Shown piece after piece: positions 24,501 through 32,618 of a DNA stretch of 42,520 bases. Origin of the DNA: an uncultured Planctomycetales bacterium (GTDB lineage Bacteria; Planctomycetota; Phycisphaerae; UBA1845; PWPN01); the NCBI GenBank assembly GCA_964617025.1, contig CAZTVU010000015.1, forward strand, positions 1 through 42,520, written 5' to 3'. Both the position numbers and the translations under genes were made by a program. The notes under the pieces are model-generated. The model was not told the origin of the DNA. It did not search any database and worked only from the letters and a program-made list of their open reading frames with translations. Position 1 is the stretch's first letter, and each line of letters opens with the position of its first letter.

Positions 24501-27365
24501 TCACCCGAACTGCATCGCCTGGACGACGTTGCTCCGTGCGGCCCGCCGCGCGGGCAGCAGCCCGGCGACGAGGCACACGCCGACCGTCAACGCGATCGCC
24601 CCGCCCACGAACGGCCAGTCCAGCGCGAACCGCAGCGGAAAGCCCCAGATGCGGCGCGTCAGCTCGTTCACGCCGTAGGCCGCGTGCACGCCGAGCCCCA
24701 GCCCCATCGAGCTGCCGATCGCGCCGAGGACGAGGGCCTCGCCGATGACCAGCCGGGCGACCTGCGACCGCGTCGCCCCGACGGCCCGCAGCACGGCGAT
24801 CTGGCGCGCCCGGCTCGCGACATTCGCCATCATGAGATTGCCGACGCCCAGGGCCGCGACGATCAACGCCACCATCGGGATCGCCGTCATCAGCCGTGTG
24901 GCCGTCCGCAACGTGCGGTCGATCTCCGCCTTCAGCTCCGCGACGGACTTGCGGAAGGCGTTCGGCGTTCCCGCCCGCTCCGCGACGAGGTTCAGCACGA
25001 GCTCCTCGCGATACGCCCGCCAGCGTTCCTCGGGCGACCGCCCGGCCCAGTCGTCGCGAACGGCGTCGAATGCCGCGCGGAACGACCGCAGCACCGCCAG
25101 CTCCGCCGGCAGAGACACCCACGTGTACTCGCGGGCGCCTTCGCCCGCCTGCGGCCAGGCCGCCGCGATCGCCTGCAGTTCGGCCCGACGTTCGGGCATC
25201 ACGGCGGCCCAGTCGGTCATCGCCTCCGCCAGCCGCCACGGCCGCGTCAGCGACGGGAGCTTCGGCTCGCGAAAGAGTCGCGGCGGCTCGGTCGCCGGAA
25301 GATCGAAGTTGAGGAGAAACAGCGTCATCTCATCCTGCACGCCGAAGTACCGCTTTGCATCCGCGAGCGTGCCCATCACGCCGTTCACCTGGGCGGCCAT
25401 CAGGTGGCTGTCCGCATTGAAATAGGTCGCGGCGATGTCGAGCGCGGGCGACTCGACGATGCCGGCGACCTCGAACGCGTGCGCCCCCTGCCCGGCCTGG
25501 ATCAGCACGCGGCTGCCGACCTTGAGCTTGCGGAGCTCGGCGAACTGCGGCGCGACGAGGATGTAGCCGCCCTTGCGGAGCTTGGCGACGGCGTCCTCCT
25601 CCGTGCCGGCGATGAACTCGAGCCTCGCCATGCGAAAGAAGGCCTCCGGCTCGCCGGCCGCGAACCACCCGAGGTTGCAGCGGATGTCGTTCGCCGGGGC
25701 GTACATCGACACGCCCGGGATCTCGACGGCCTTACGCCCGACCTCGAGCTTGATCGGCCGGCCGGTCCAGACGAAGGCCTCGCACAGCCGCTTGGGAAAG
25801 TCCCAGCCGGCCGTCAGGCTCTCCGTATGCACCACGAGACAGACGATCAGCGACAGCCCGACCATCAGCCCCGAGCAGATGCCCGCGCTTCGCCAGGAGG
25901 CCCGGCCCACCTGATCGCGCAGCAGCCGGTGTCGAACGGCCAGGGCCCGGGCGGCCACCCGGATGAAGAGCTCCCCGCCGAACCGGATCAGCGCGGGCGC
26001 CAGGAGCGCGTAGCCGCAGTAGAGCAGCATCACGCCGACCATCGCGACGTGCGGCCGGAACCAGAGCATCGGGCGGAGACGCTCGATCATGGCGACGTGC
26101 CCGGCGATCATCGCCGCGCCCAGCACCGCCGCCACAAGGTCGAGGCCGGGCCGCGCCGGCCGCGACTGCGGCTTCGACGCCTCGAGCGGAGAGACCCGCA
26201 TCGCCTGGATTGCCGGCAGGATGCCCCCGCCGACGGCCGTCACCGCGCCGCCGGCAAGCGCCAGCCCGATGCCCCACGGACTGACGGCGACGTGGCCGAT
26301 GTACTCCGGCGCGATGATCACGCTCAGCCACGTCAGCCCGATGCCGACCGGGACGCCCAGCACCAGCCCCGTCAGCCCGATCGGCACGACCTCGCCCAGC
26401 ACGAGGACGCACATCTGGCCCCGGGTAAGGCCCACGCACCGCAGGAGCCCGAGTTGCCCGATCCGCTCGACCATGCCCATGCTCAGCGTGCTCAGGATGA
26501 TGAAGAACGCCGTGAAGAGCGCGACGCCGCTGATGAGCGTCAGGATGAACTCGGTCTGCGCCTGGGCCGCCTCGACCTGCCGGAGCTTCGCCTCGGCGGT
26601 CGTGACCAGAAAGCCCTGACGATGCGCATCGACGAGGCGTTTGATCGCCTGGTAGGTGACCCAGAACGCCGGCTTGGCGGCGTCTTTCAGAATGATATCG
26701 ATCTGCGTGACCCGGGGCGGACCGGGTCGCGGGCACATCCGGTGCACGTCGGGCAGCATGAGCACGACCATCGGCCGCTGGAAGCGGGCGATCCGCCGGC
26801 GCTGGATGAGCCCGACGACCTTGTACTCGAAGATTTGGGAGCCCTCGCCCCACCGGATCCGCAGCATGCTGCCGACGTCGAGCCCCAGCTCCTCCGCGAA
26901 ACCGTTCTCGATCAGGGCGACGCCCGCGTCGCCGGGCTCCAGGACGCGGCCCTTCAGGAGCGTCTCGCGGTAGTCGCGAAAGACCGTTTCCCGTTCCGGC
27001 TGAATGCCGATCACGTCGATGCTGACCGGCTCAACCTCCTCGTCGGAGCCCCCGGCCGCCGGCGGCAGGGCCTCCACGCGCTCCTTCAGCCGCCCGGCCG
27101 CGTGGGCGACGTTCGGCAGCCTCAGCACGTCGTCGATGATGGACTCGAAGACGGTACCGTACTGGCCGTAGGTGGACTCGACGCCGATCTGGCCCTTGCC
27201 GATCCACGTCCACACCTGATGGGCGACGCTCTGGCGGATCGACTCGTACGCCCCGGTCACCCAGACGACGACGCCCACCCCCAGGGCGATCGCGACGGTG
27301 GCGAGGGCCGTCCGCCCGGGCCTAGCCCGCCAGTTCCTGATAGCGAGTTGCCACCAATGCCGCAT
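24501..27365 (-). CDS. large ABC transporter permease with two FtsX/MacB-type domains
   Basis: 954 aa. N-terminus MRHWWQLAIRNWRARPGRTALATVAIALGV is typical of the FtsX family. There are two 4-TM FtsX blocks separated by large extracytoplasmic regions. The start overlaps the ATPase gene by 44 nt. Confidence 0.85.
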   Translation of the reverse strand: MRHWWQLAIRNWRARPGRTALATVAIALGVGVVVWVTGAYESIRQSVAHQVWTWIGKGQIGVESTYGQYGTVFESIIDDVLRLPNVAHAAGRLKERVEALPPAAGGSDEEVEPVSIDVIGIQPERETVFRDYRETLLKGRVLEPGDAGVALIENGFAEELGLDVGSMLRIRWGEGSQIFEYKVVGLIQRRRIARFQRPMVVLMLPDVHRMCPRPGPPRVTQIDIILKDAAKPAFWVTYQAIKRLVDAHRQGFLVTTAEAKLRQVEAAQAQTEFILTLISGVALFTAFFIILSTLSMGMVERIGQLGLLRCVGLTRGQMCVLVLGEVVPIGLTGLVLGVPVGIGLTWLSVIIAPEYIGHVAVSPWGIGLALAGGAVTAVGGGILPAIQAMRVSPLEASKPQSRPARPGLDLVAAVLGAAMIAGHVAMIERLRPMLWFRPHVAMVGVMLLYCGYALLAPALIRFGGELFIRVAARALAVRHRLLRDQVGRASWRSAGICSGLMVGLSLIVCLVVHTESLTAGWDFPKRLCEAFVWTGRPIKLEVGRKAVEIPGVSMYAPANDIRCNLGWFAAGEPEAFFRMARLEFIAGTEEDAVAKLRKGGYILVAPQFAELRKLKVGSRVLIQAGQGAHAFEVAGIVESPALDIAATYFNADSHLMAAQVNGVMGTLADAKRYFGVQDEMTLFLLNFDLPATEPPRLFREPKLPSLTRPWRLAEAMTDWAAVMPERRAELQAIAAAWPQAGEGAREYTWVSLPAELAVLRSFRAAFDAVRDDWAGRSPEERWRAYREELVLNLVAERAGTPNAFRKSVAELKAEIDRTLRTATRLMTAIPMVALIVAALGVGNLMMANVASRARQIAVLRAVGATRSQVARLVIGEALVLGAIGSSMGLGLGVHAAYGVNELTRRIWGFPLRFALDWPFVGGAIALTVGVCLVAGLLPARRAARSNVVQAMQFG

Positions 27366-28113
27366 GGCCCGCCTCGGCCGGGACGATCTGCCCGACCAGT
27401 TCGCCGTCCTTCAGCACCAGCACCCGGTCCGCGAACGACGCGGCCGCCGCCTCGTGCGTCACCATCAACACCGTCTTGCCGAGCTCGGACGAGAGCCGCC
27501 GCAGGAGCGCCCAGATCTCGTGCGCGTGCCGCGAGTCGAGGTTGCCCGTCGGCTCGTCGGCCAGCAGCAGGGCCGGGTCGTTCAGCAGCGACCGCGCGAT
27601 CGCGACGCGCTGCTGCTCACCGCCCGACATCGCCTGCGGCCGGTGCCGCGCCCGATCCTCCAGGTGGACGAGGCGGATCATCTCGTCCGTCCGCGCGTCG
27701 AGCTGCTCCTCCGAGGCCCCGTCCACCAGCAGCGGCAGCGAGACGTTCTCCCGCGCCGTCAGCGTGGGCAGCAGGTTGTACGCCTGGAAGATGATCCCCA
27801 GCCGCCGCCGGCGAAAGAGCGTCCTTCGCCGGTCGGAGAGCCGCGTGATGTCGTTGCCTTCGATGACGATGCGCCCCTCATCCGGCAGGTCGAGCCCGCC
27901 GATCAGGTGCATCAGCGTGCTCTTGCCCGAGCCGCTGGCGCCCATGATCGCGATGAACTCGCCCGGTCGGGCGTCGAACGACACGCCCCGCAGGGCGTGG
28001 ATCACCGCGTCGCCGCCGACGCGGAATCGTTTGTGGACGCCCTCCACGCGCAGGATCCCGGGCGTCGCCGCCGCCGGCGCATCCGCCGGCTTGTCGGAGG
28101 GAATGTCGCTCAC
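27322..28113 (-). CDS. ABC transporter ATP-binding protein (LolD/MacB-type)
   Basis: Walker A GASGSGKST, signature MSGGEQQRV, Walker B LLLADEPT, H-loop VTHE. The start is uncertain: GTG 28113 is proposed, because the listed ORF start 28284 would overlap the divergent gene. Confidence 0.85.
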   Translation of the reverse strand: MSDIPSDKPADAPAAATPGILRVEGVHKRFRVGGDAVIHALRGVSFDARPGEFIAIMGASGSGKSTLMHLIGGLDLPDEGRIVIEGNDITRLSDRRRTLFRRRRLGIIFQAYNLLPTLTARENVSLPLLVDGASEEQLDARTDEMIRLVHLEDRARHRPQAMSGGEQQRVAIARSLLNDPALLLADEPTGNLDSRHAHEIWALLRRLSSELGKTVLMVTHEAAAASFADRVLVLKDGELVGQIVPAEAGHAALVATRYQELAG

Positions 28114-28119
28114 TAGAGT
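28091..28119 (+). promoter_or_regulatory. promoter candidate for the metallophosphoesterase gene (TTGTCG-N17-TAGAGT)
   Basis: -35 TTGTCG at 28091-28096, a 17-nt spacer, and -10 TAGAGT at 28114-28119. The GTG start at 28153 is preceded by GAGG. Confidence 0.3.
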
Positions 28120-28152
28120 ACCCCGTGGCTGTGCCGGTGATGAGGTCGATCC

Positions 28153-29016
28153 GTGCGAATCATTGCGACCGCCGATCTCCATTACGACAACTTTCGGAGC
28201 AGGGCTCCGACCGAGCAGATGGCCGCCGCCATCTGCGAGCAGGCCGCCGACGCCCTGCTCATCCTCGGCGATGTCTGCGGCCACGACGCCGGCATTCTAC
28301 GGCATTGCTTCGAGCTTTTCGACGGCTTCACCGGACGGGTCTTTTTCGTCGCCGGCAACCACGACCTCTGGACGGACGGCGACTCGCTGGAGCGGTACGA
28401 ACGGGAACTGGCGGCGGTGTGCGAGGAGTGCGGCGTCTGGTACCTCGACGCCCGGCCGTACGTCCGCGACGGGGTTGCCCTCGTCGGCTCGATCGGCTGG
28501 TATGACTATTCGTTCCGCCAGGAGTCGCTCGGCGTCCCGATGCGCTTCTACGAACAAAAACTCGGCCCCGGTGCGGCGGCCCGGTTGAACCGGAACGACC
28601 TCGTCGACGGGCACGACGACCTGACGGACGCGCAGATGCGGATCTCGACGCGATGGATGGACGGCGTGCACGTCCACCTGCCGATGAGCGACCCCCAGTT
28701 CACGCGGTACCTGCGGGACCGCCTCGCCGGCCATCTGGATGCCGTTCGCGGCGAGGCCGAACACGTCGTCGTCGGCATGCACCACCTCCCGTTCGAGGCG
28801 CTGGTCCGCCGGCTTGGCAAGCCGGTCTGGGACTTCGCCAACGCCTTCATGGGCAGCGCCGCATTCGGCGAACTGCTCCTGGCCGAGCCGAACGTCCGCC
28901 ATCTCCTCTGCGGCCACAGCCACTTCCCGATGCGCATCCGGGTCGGCCACATCGACTGCATCAACATCGGCTGCACCTACCAGTTCAAACGCTTCGAGGT
29001 GCTGGAGGTCGGGTAG
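28153..29016 (+). CDS. calcineurin-like metallophosphoesterase
   Basis: Motifs ATADLHYD, LGDVCGHD, VAGNHDLW and LLCGHSHFP, in canonical order. GTG start. Confidence 0.8.
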   Translation: MRIIATADLHYDNFRSRAPTEQMAAAICEQAADALLILGDVCGHDAGILRHCFELFDGFTGRVFFVAGNHDLWTDGDSLERYERELAAVCEECGVWYLDARPYVRDGVALVGSIGWYDYSFRQESLGVPMRFYEQKLGPGAAARLNRNDLVDGHDDLTDAQMRISTRWMDGVHVHLPMSDPQFTRYLRDRLAGHLDAVRGEAEHVVVGMHHLPFEALVRRLGKPVWDFANAFMGSAAFGELLLAEPNVRHLLCGHSHFPMRIRVGHIDCINIGCTYQFKRFEVLEVG

Positions 29017-29261
29017 CACCGATCATACAAGCCACGACCGCCGGGACCGGCGCGTTCCGGGGCGGTCGGTGCGAGCGTGTGCTTGATATCGCGAGCGGCA
29101 CGCCGCGAAACAACGCCGACCGCCTGTCCCGTTCATTCGTCAGCACGCGAACGGGGCGGGTTCGGACGGCGGGCGGGCGTCGGGAAAGGCGAAATCACGC
29201 CCAACACTGCACGCCCAGGCGATCCGGGCGGAATCGAACCCGTCCCGGGCGCTCGCCGCGC

Positions 29262-29615
29262 TCACCGCGCGCAGTTGCACGGGGCCGGGATCAGACAGAT
29301 GAACTCGCACGGCTCCGTGCCGGTGTTGCAGAACTGGTGTTTCTCGTTCGGCGGGACATAGATCACATCGCCCGCCTTGATCGGCCGGTCGCCGTTCTCG
29401 CTCCGCGCGACGGCCGTGCCCTTCCACACGAGGATCTCGTGCTCGTAGTCGTGCGCGTGGTGCGGCGTGCAGCCGCCCGGCTCGATCTCAAAGTGGCGCA
29501 TGTGGAACTTCTCCGCCCCGTCGGCCGGTCCGATCAGGATACGGATCCGGGCGCCGACCGCGCCCTCCATGCACACAGGCTCCTGCCGATGAGCCTTGAT
29601 CGGTTGGATTCTCAT
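29262..29615 (-). CDS. cupin domain protein
   Basis: I moved the start to ATG 29615, with AAGGAG 5 nt upstream. Cupin motifs GGCTPHHAHDYEHEILVWKG and GDVIYVPPNEKHQFCN. The upstream part of the listed ORF is a translation of the repeat element. Confidence 0.8.
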   Translation of the reverse strand: MRIQPIKAHRQEPVCMEGAVGARIRILIGPADGAEKFHMRHFEIEPGGCTPHHAHDYEHEILVWKGTAVARSENGDRPIKAGDVIYVPPNEKHQFCNTGTEPCEFICLIPAPCNCAR

Positions 29616-29634
29616 GCGATCTCCTTGGCCGATC

Positions 29635-29640
29635 ATTATA
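29635..29640 (-). promoter_or_regulatory. -10 box candidate (TATAAT) for the cupin gene
   Basis: Perfect TATAAT on the minus strand, 8 nt upstream of the SD. The context TGCGGTATAAT is identical to the TPR promoter. The -35 is weak (TTGCGG at a 15-nt spacing). Confidence 0.35.
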
Positions 29641-29669
29641 CCGCAGCGTCGCGTGCCGCAACTCCGGCA

Positions 29670-29782
29670 AAGTGGAAAAATGGAAAAGTGGGAAAGTGAG
29701 AAACGCCCTTGGCGCGGGTGATATCGAAGACGCCGTCCCCGCGCCACCTTTCTCACTTTTCCACTTTCCCACTTTTCCACTT
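29670..29782. repeat. 113-bp imperfect palindrome: two inverted arrays of four tandem 8-nt units plus inner GC clamp
   Basis: Left arm 29670-29703 is AA GTGGAAAA ATGGAAAA GTGGGAAA GTGAGAAA. Right arm 29749-29782 is TTTCTCAC TTTTCCAC TTTCCCAC TTTTCCAC TT. By hand alignment, 31 of 34 positions are Watson-Crick complementary, and one mismatch is G-T. The inner clamp is TGGCGCGGG (29710-29718) with CCCGCGCCA (29738-29746). The 19-nt loop contains GATATC. Confidence 0.9.
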
Positions 29783-29831
29783 CTTGATTTCGCCGCAGGT
29801 CCCTTCGTCGCTGTTACCATCCCCGTATCGC

Positions 29832-29860
29832 TTGACCCGCCCGCGAGCCGTCCGTACAGT
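29832..29860 (+). promoter_or_regulatory. promoter candidate for URO-D-like/ndk (TTGACC-N17-TACAGT), near-leaderless
   Basis: -35 TTGACC at 29832-29837, a 17-nt spacer, and -10 TACAGT at 29855-29860. ATG 29871 is 10 nt after the -10, and there is no SD. Confidence 0.4.
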
Positions 29861-29870
29861 GCTCCCCGCG

Positions 29871-30872
29871 ATGGCAATGACCCGGATCGATCGCGTGAAG
29901 ACCGTCCTGCAGGGCCGTCGGCCCGATCGACCGCCCGTCAGCTTCTGGCACCACTTTGCCCCGGAGCAGTCCGCCGGGCCGCCGGCGATCGAGGCCCACC
30001 TGGCACACCTGAGCCGGTTCGACCTCGACTTCCTCAAGGTGATGAACGACAACGGCTATCCCCGCGACACCGCTCCGCCGGTGATCACGAGCGTCGCCGA
30101 CCTGAAGACGCTGCGGCCGCTGTCGGGCACCGAGGGCGCCTTCGCCGCGCAACTCGACGTGGTCCGCGGACTCGCCGGGCACCTCGGCGGCAGCGTCCTG
30201 TTCTGCACCACCGTGTTCAACGCCTGGGCTACGCTTCGGTCGCTCGTCGGGCCGCCCGTCGCCCGGCACGGCCCCCCGAAGATGGAGGGCTGTGACGATC
30301 GCGATGAGACGCTCAGCCGGTTCCTCAAGGAGGACCGCGCGGCGGTCGGGGCGGCGGTCGCGGTGATCGGCGAGTCGCTGGCCAACTTCGCTCGCGAGTG
30401 CATCCGCGCGGGCGCGAACGGCATCTTTCTGTCCGTTCGGGACGACTGGGTGGACCGCCCCGCAAACGGCGACGGCGTCTACGACGAACTCGTGCGGCCG
30501 ACGGACCGGCAAATCCTGGAGGCCGCCTCCGCGGGAGCGTTCAACATACTGCACATCTGCGGCCGGGCGGTGAACTTCGAGGCGTTCGCCCGTTACCCGG
30601 TCCACGTGCTCAACTGGGCCGATCGAGCGGCCGGCCCGAGCATCGCCTACGCCCGCGATCGCGTGCGGCCGGCTCTCAGCGGCGGCGTCGACAACCTCAA
30701 GGAACTCCCGCACGGCACGCCTCAACAGGTGGCCGACCAGGTTCGCGACGCGATCCGGCAGGCGCAATATCGCCCGATCCTGATCACCCCCGGCTGCACC
30801 TACGACCCCGCCGCCGTGCCCGTGGCGAATCTGCGGGCGATGGTCGAAGCGGCGCGGACCGCAACTCCATGA
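29871..30872 (+). CDS. uroporphyrinogen decarboxylase (URO-D) family protein, MtaA/CmuA-like
   Basis: I moved the start to ATG 29871 (MAMTRIDRVKTVLQGRRPDRPPVSFWHHF). URO-D-fold-like pattern throughout (DFLKVMNDNGY...ILHICGRAVNF...LITPGCTY). The specific activity is unknown. Confidence 0.75.
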   Translation: MAMTRIDRVKTVLQGRRPDRPPVSFWHHFAPEQSAGPPAIEAHLAHLSRFDLDFLKVMNDNGYPRDTAPPVITSVADLKTLRPLSGTEGAFAAQLDVVRGLAGHLGGSVLFCTTVFNAWATLRSLVGPPVARHGPPKMEGCDDRDETLSRFLKEDRAAVGAAVAVIGESLANFARECIRAGANGIFLSVRDDWVDRPANGDGVYDELVRPTDRQILEAASAGAFNILHICGRAVNFEAFARYPVHVLNWADRAAGPSIAYARDRVRPALSGGVDNLKELPHGTPQQVADQVRDAIRQAQYRPILITPGCTYDPAAVPVANLRAMVEAARTATP

Positions 30873-31369
30873 ACGCAACCACAGACCCCGGAGACAAACC
30901 GATTCCCATGGAACAGACCCTCATCATCCTGAAGCCCGATTGTGTGCAGCGCCGGCTCGTCGGCCGGATCATCAGCCGATTCGAGGAGAAGGGCCTCACG
31001 CTCGCCGCGATGAAGCTCATGCGGATATCCCGGGAGCTGGCCGATCGTCACTACGCCGTCCACAAGGGCAAGCCGTTCTACCCCGGCCTGCTCGACTACA
31101 TCACGTCCGGGCCGGTGGTGGTGATGGTCCTGGCCGGCCCGCGTGCGATCGAGGTCTGCCGCAAGCTGATGGGCCGGACCTTCGGCTACGAGGCCGAGCC
31201 CGGCACACTCCGCGGCGACTACGGCCTGAGCCGCACGTACAACCTTGTCCACGGCAGCGACGGACCCGAGTCGGCCCGCGCCGAGATCGCCCTTTACTTC
31301 GAGCCCGACGAACTGCTCTCCTACACGACCGCCGAGAGCCCGTGGGTGATCCGCCCGGACGAGGTGTAG
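30869..31369 (+). CDS. ndk: nucleoside-diphosphate kinase
   Basis: EQTLIILKPDCVQRRLVGRIISRFEEKG and the active-site block NLVHGSD. ATG 30869 forms an ATGA overlap with the URO-D-like stop and gives a 13-aa N-terminal extension. The alternative start is ATG 30908. Confidence 0.9.
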   Translation: MNATTDPGDKPIPMEQTLIILKPDCVQRRLVGRIISRFEEKGLTLAAMKLMRISRELADRHYAVHKGKPFYPGLLDYITSGPVVVMVLAGPRAIEVCRKLMGRTFGYEAEPGTLRGDYGLSRTYNLVHGSDGPESARAEIALYFEPDELLSYTTAESPWVIRPDEV

Positions 31370-31412
31370 CCCAGCGCACCGGCGGAGGGACGGGCCGTCG
31401 GCGGCATCCGGA

Positions 31413-31418
31413 TACAAT
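31413..31418 (+). promoter_or_regulatory. -10 box candidate (TACAAT) placed 6 nt before the trmJ-like ATG (leaderless geometry)
   Basis: TACAAT-ACCCGC-ATG. There is no SD and no convincing -35. Confidence 0.3.
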
Positions 31419-31424
31419 ACCCGC

Positions 31425-32294
31425 ATGGCCCCGCCGTTCGATAACGTCCGCATCATCCTGGTTCGCACCGGAAAGCCGGGCAACATCGGCGCCGTCGCCC
31501 GGGCGATGGCCAACACCCGTCTGTCCGACCTTTGGCTCGTGGAGCCGCGATGCGACCCCCTCTCGCACGAGTCGAAACGCCAGAGCACGCGGGGCGAACC
31601 GATCCTCCACGCCGCGCGCGTCGTCGGCCATCTCACCGACGCGTTGCACGAGGTCACCTTCACCGCGGGGACGAGTTGCCGAGGCGGCGTCTATCGCGGA
31701 CAGATCGAGATGCCGCCCCGACGGCTGGGGTCGGAGTTGTCCCGACTCGGAAGCGCCGGCAAGGCGGCGATCGTGTTCGGGCCGGAGGACTGCGGGCTGC
31801 GCGACGACGAGGTCCTCGCCTGTGACGCCATCGTGCGCATTCCCTCCAACCCGGATTACCCGAGCCTGAACCTCGCGCAAGCCGTGATGGTCTGCCTGTA
31901 CGAGTTCTATCTCGCCGCCACGACAACGGACGCCACGGCCGCCGACACGATCCCCGCCGCGCAGGCCCGCGGGGAGTCGTCGTCGACGCCGCACGGTTCC
32001 GCGACGGATCGCGGCGGATTCCTGGGCGCCGGGGCGCCCGTTCCGGCGGACGCCGCCACCCTCCGCCGGCTGATGACCGCCCTGGAGGCGGCCCTGCTGC
32101 GGATCGGCTACCTCCGCCCGGAGCACCCGCAGCACCTCCTATTCCCCATCCGCGCGATCCTGGGCCGCGCCGGCCTGTCGCAAACGGAGGCGCAGATCCT
32201 CATCGGCCTTGCCCAACAGATCCTCGACTTCGCCCGGAAAAAAGGGGTCGGGAAGATTCTTCGCGACACGGATCGGGCGAAGCCGGGGGAGTAG
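31425..32294 (+). CDS. SpoU/TrmH-class RNA 2'-O-methyltransferase, TrmJ-like
   Basis: VRIILVRTGKPGNIGAVARAM, IVFGPEDCGL and IPSNPDYPSLNLAQAVMVCLYE, which are SPOUT motifs 1-3. There is a long C-terminal extension, as in TrmJ. Confidence 0.8.
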   Translation: MAPPFDNVRIILVRTGKPGNIGAVARAMANTRLSDLWLVEPRCDPLSHESKRQSTRGEPILHAARVVGHLTDALHEVTFTAGTSCRGGVYRGQIEMPPRRLGSELSRLGSAGKAAIVFGPEDCGLRDDEVLACDAIVRIPSNPDYPSLNLAQAVMVCLYEFYLAATTTDATAADTIPAAQARGESSSTPHGSATDRGGFLGAGAPVPADAATLRRLMTALEAALLRIGYLRPEHPQHLLFPIRAILGRAGLSQTEAQILIGLAQQILDFARKKGVGKILRDTDRAKPGE

Positions 32295-32351
32295 TGGGGA
32301 CGGCTGCGCGCGCCGGGAACATCATTCCGCGTTCATCGTTATCGGGCACAA

Positions 32352-32371
32352 CCCCCGGCTCGCGCCGGGGG
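32352..32371 (+). terminator. GC hairpin downstream of the trmJ-like gene (terminator candidate, no U-tract)
   Basis: CCCCCGGC-TCGC-GCCGGGGG: a perfect 8-bp stem with a tetraloop, 57 nt after the stop. Confidence 0.3.
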
Positions 32372-32512
32372 CTCCGTCGCTTGCGCGATCCCCGGTCCGC
32401 GCTTCCCTTCGTCGCTTCGTCGCTGCCTCCCCCTTTGATCATTCATCGCTCATCGTTTCCGTAGCCGCTGCGTCGCTTCTCCCGGGATCGTCGCGCCGGC
32501 CTGCGCGGGGGG

Positions 32513-32542
32513 TAGGCAGCGAGCGGCAAAGCGCTGTATACT
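32513..32542 (+). promoter_or_regulatory. promoter candidate for fba (TAGGCA-N18-TATACT)
   Basis: -10 TATACT at 32537-32542 and a weak -35 TAGGCA at 32513-32518. The ~75-nt UTR ends in CAGGAGAA, 8 nt before the ATG. Confidence 0.25.
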
Positions 32543-32618
32543 GATGCACCTTTCGGCCGGACCGCTGTGTCCGCCGACAAGGAGAGCGATTGCCGGCCCT
32601 TACAGGAGAACAGCCTTT

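Noticed and set aside
21356-24748. 1130-aa plus-strand ORF. Similar giant ORFs are 24225-27794 (+, 1189 aa), 17583-20375 (+, 930 aa), 14576-16750 (+, 724 aa), 35065-37179 (-, 704 aa), 5853-7778 (+, 641 aa) and 198-1802 (+, 534 aa).
   Set aside because: All lie antisense to genes with strong family motifs (GH78, FtsX permease, uvrC/SDR, DSD1/creatininase, DUF5009/AKR, GH42-like, rseP). Their translations are Arg/Pro/Gly/Ala/Asp-rich low-complexity text with no motifs. Long stop-free antisense frames are expected at this GC content.
27322-27365. 44-nt overlap between the ABC ATPase stop and the permease start, as a possible frameshift or fusion.
   Set aside because: Both reading frames have complete, canonical termini: the ATPase C-terminus, and the FtsX N-terminus MRHWWQLAIRNWRARPGRTAL. 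Overlapping coupled genes are common here, so no recoding needs to be invoked.
29226-29242. tRNA-like T-arm on the minus strand (GGTTCGATTCC).
   Set aside because: The T-stem needs an A-C mismatch. I could build no matching acceptor stem, D-arm or anticodon arm. The 5' half would overlap the cupin coding 3' end. I saw no other tRNA-like signatures in the window.
29670-29782. Possibility that the 8-mer arrays are a CRISPR array or a transposon end pair.
   Set aside because: The units are contiguous with no spacers and are only 8 nt long. There are no cas genes, no transposase and no flanking target-site duplication visible. I kept it as an unexplained repeat instead.
29488-30295. ORFs 29488-29877 (-), 29672-30295 (+) and the N-terminal extensions of 29262-29780 (-) and 29709-30872 (+), giving peptides like MEKWKSGKV and FPLFHFSTFPLFHF.
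   Set aside because: These are translations of the 8-nt repeat palindrome. The flanking genes have well-supported internal starts: the cupin gene at ATG 29615 with AAGGAG, and the URO-D-like gene at ATG 29871 behind a promoter.
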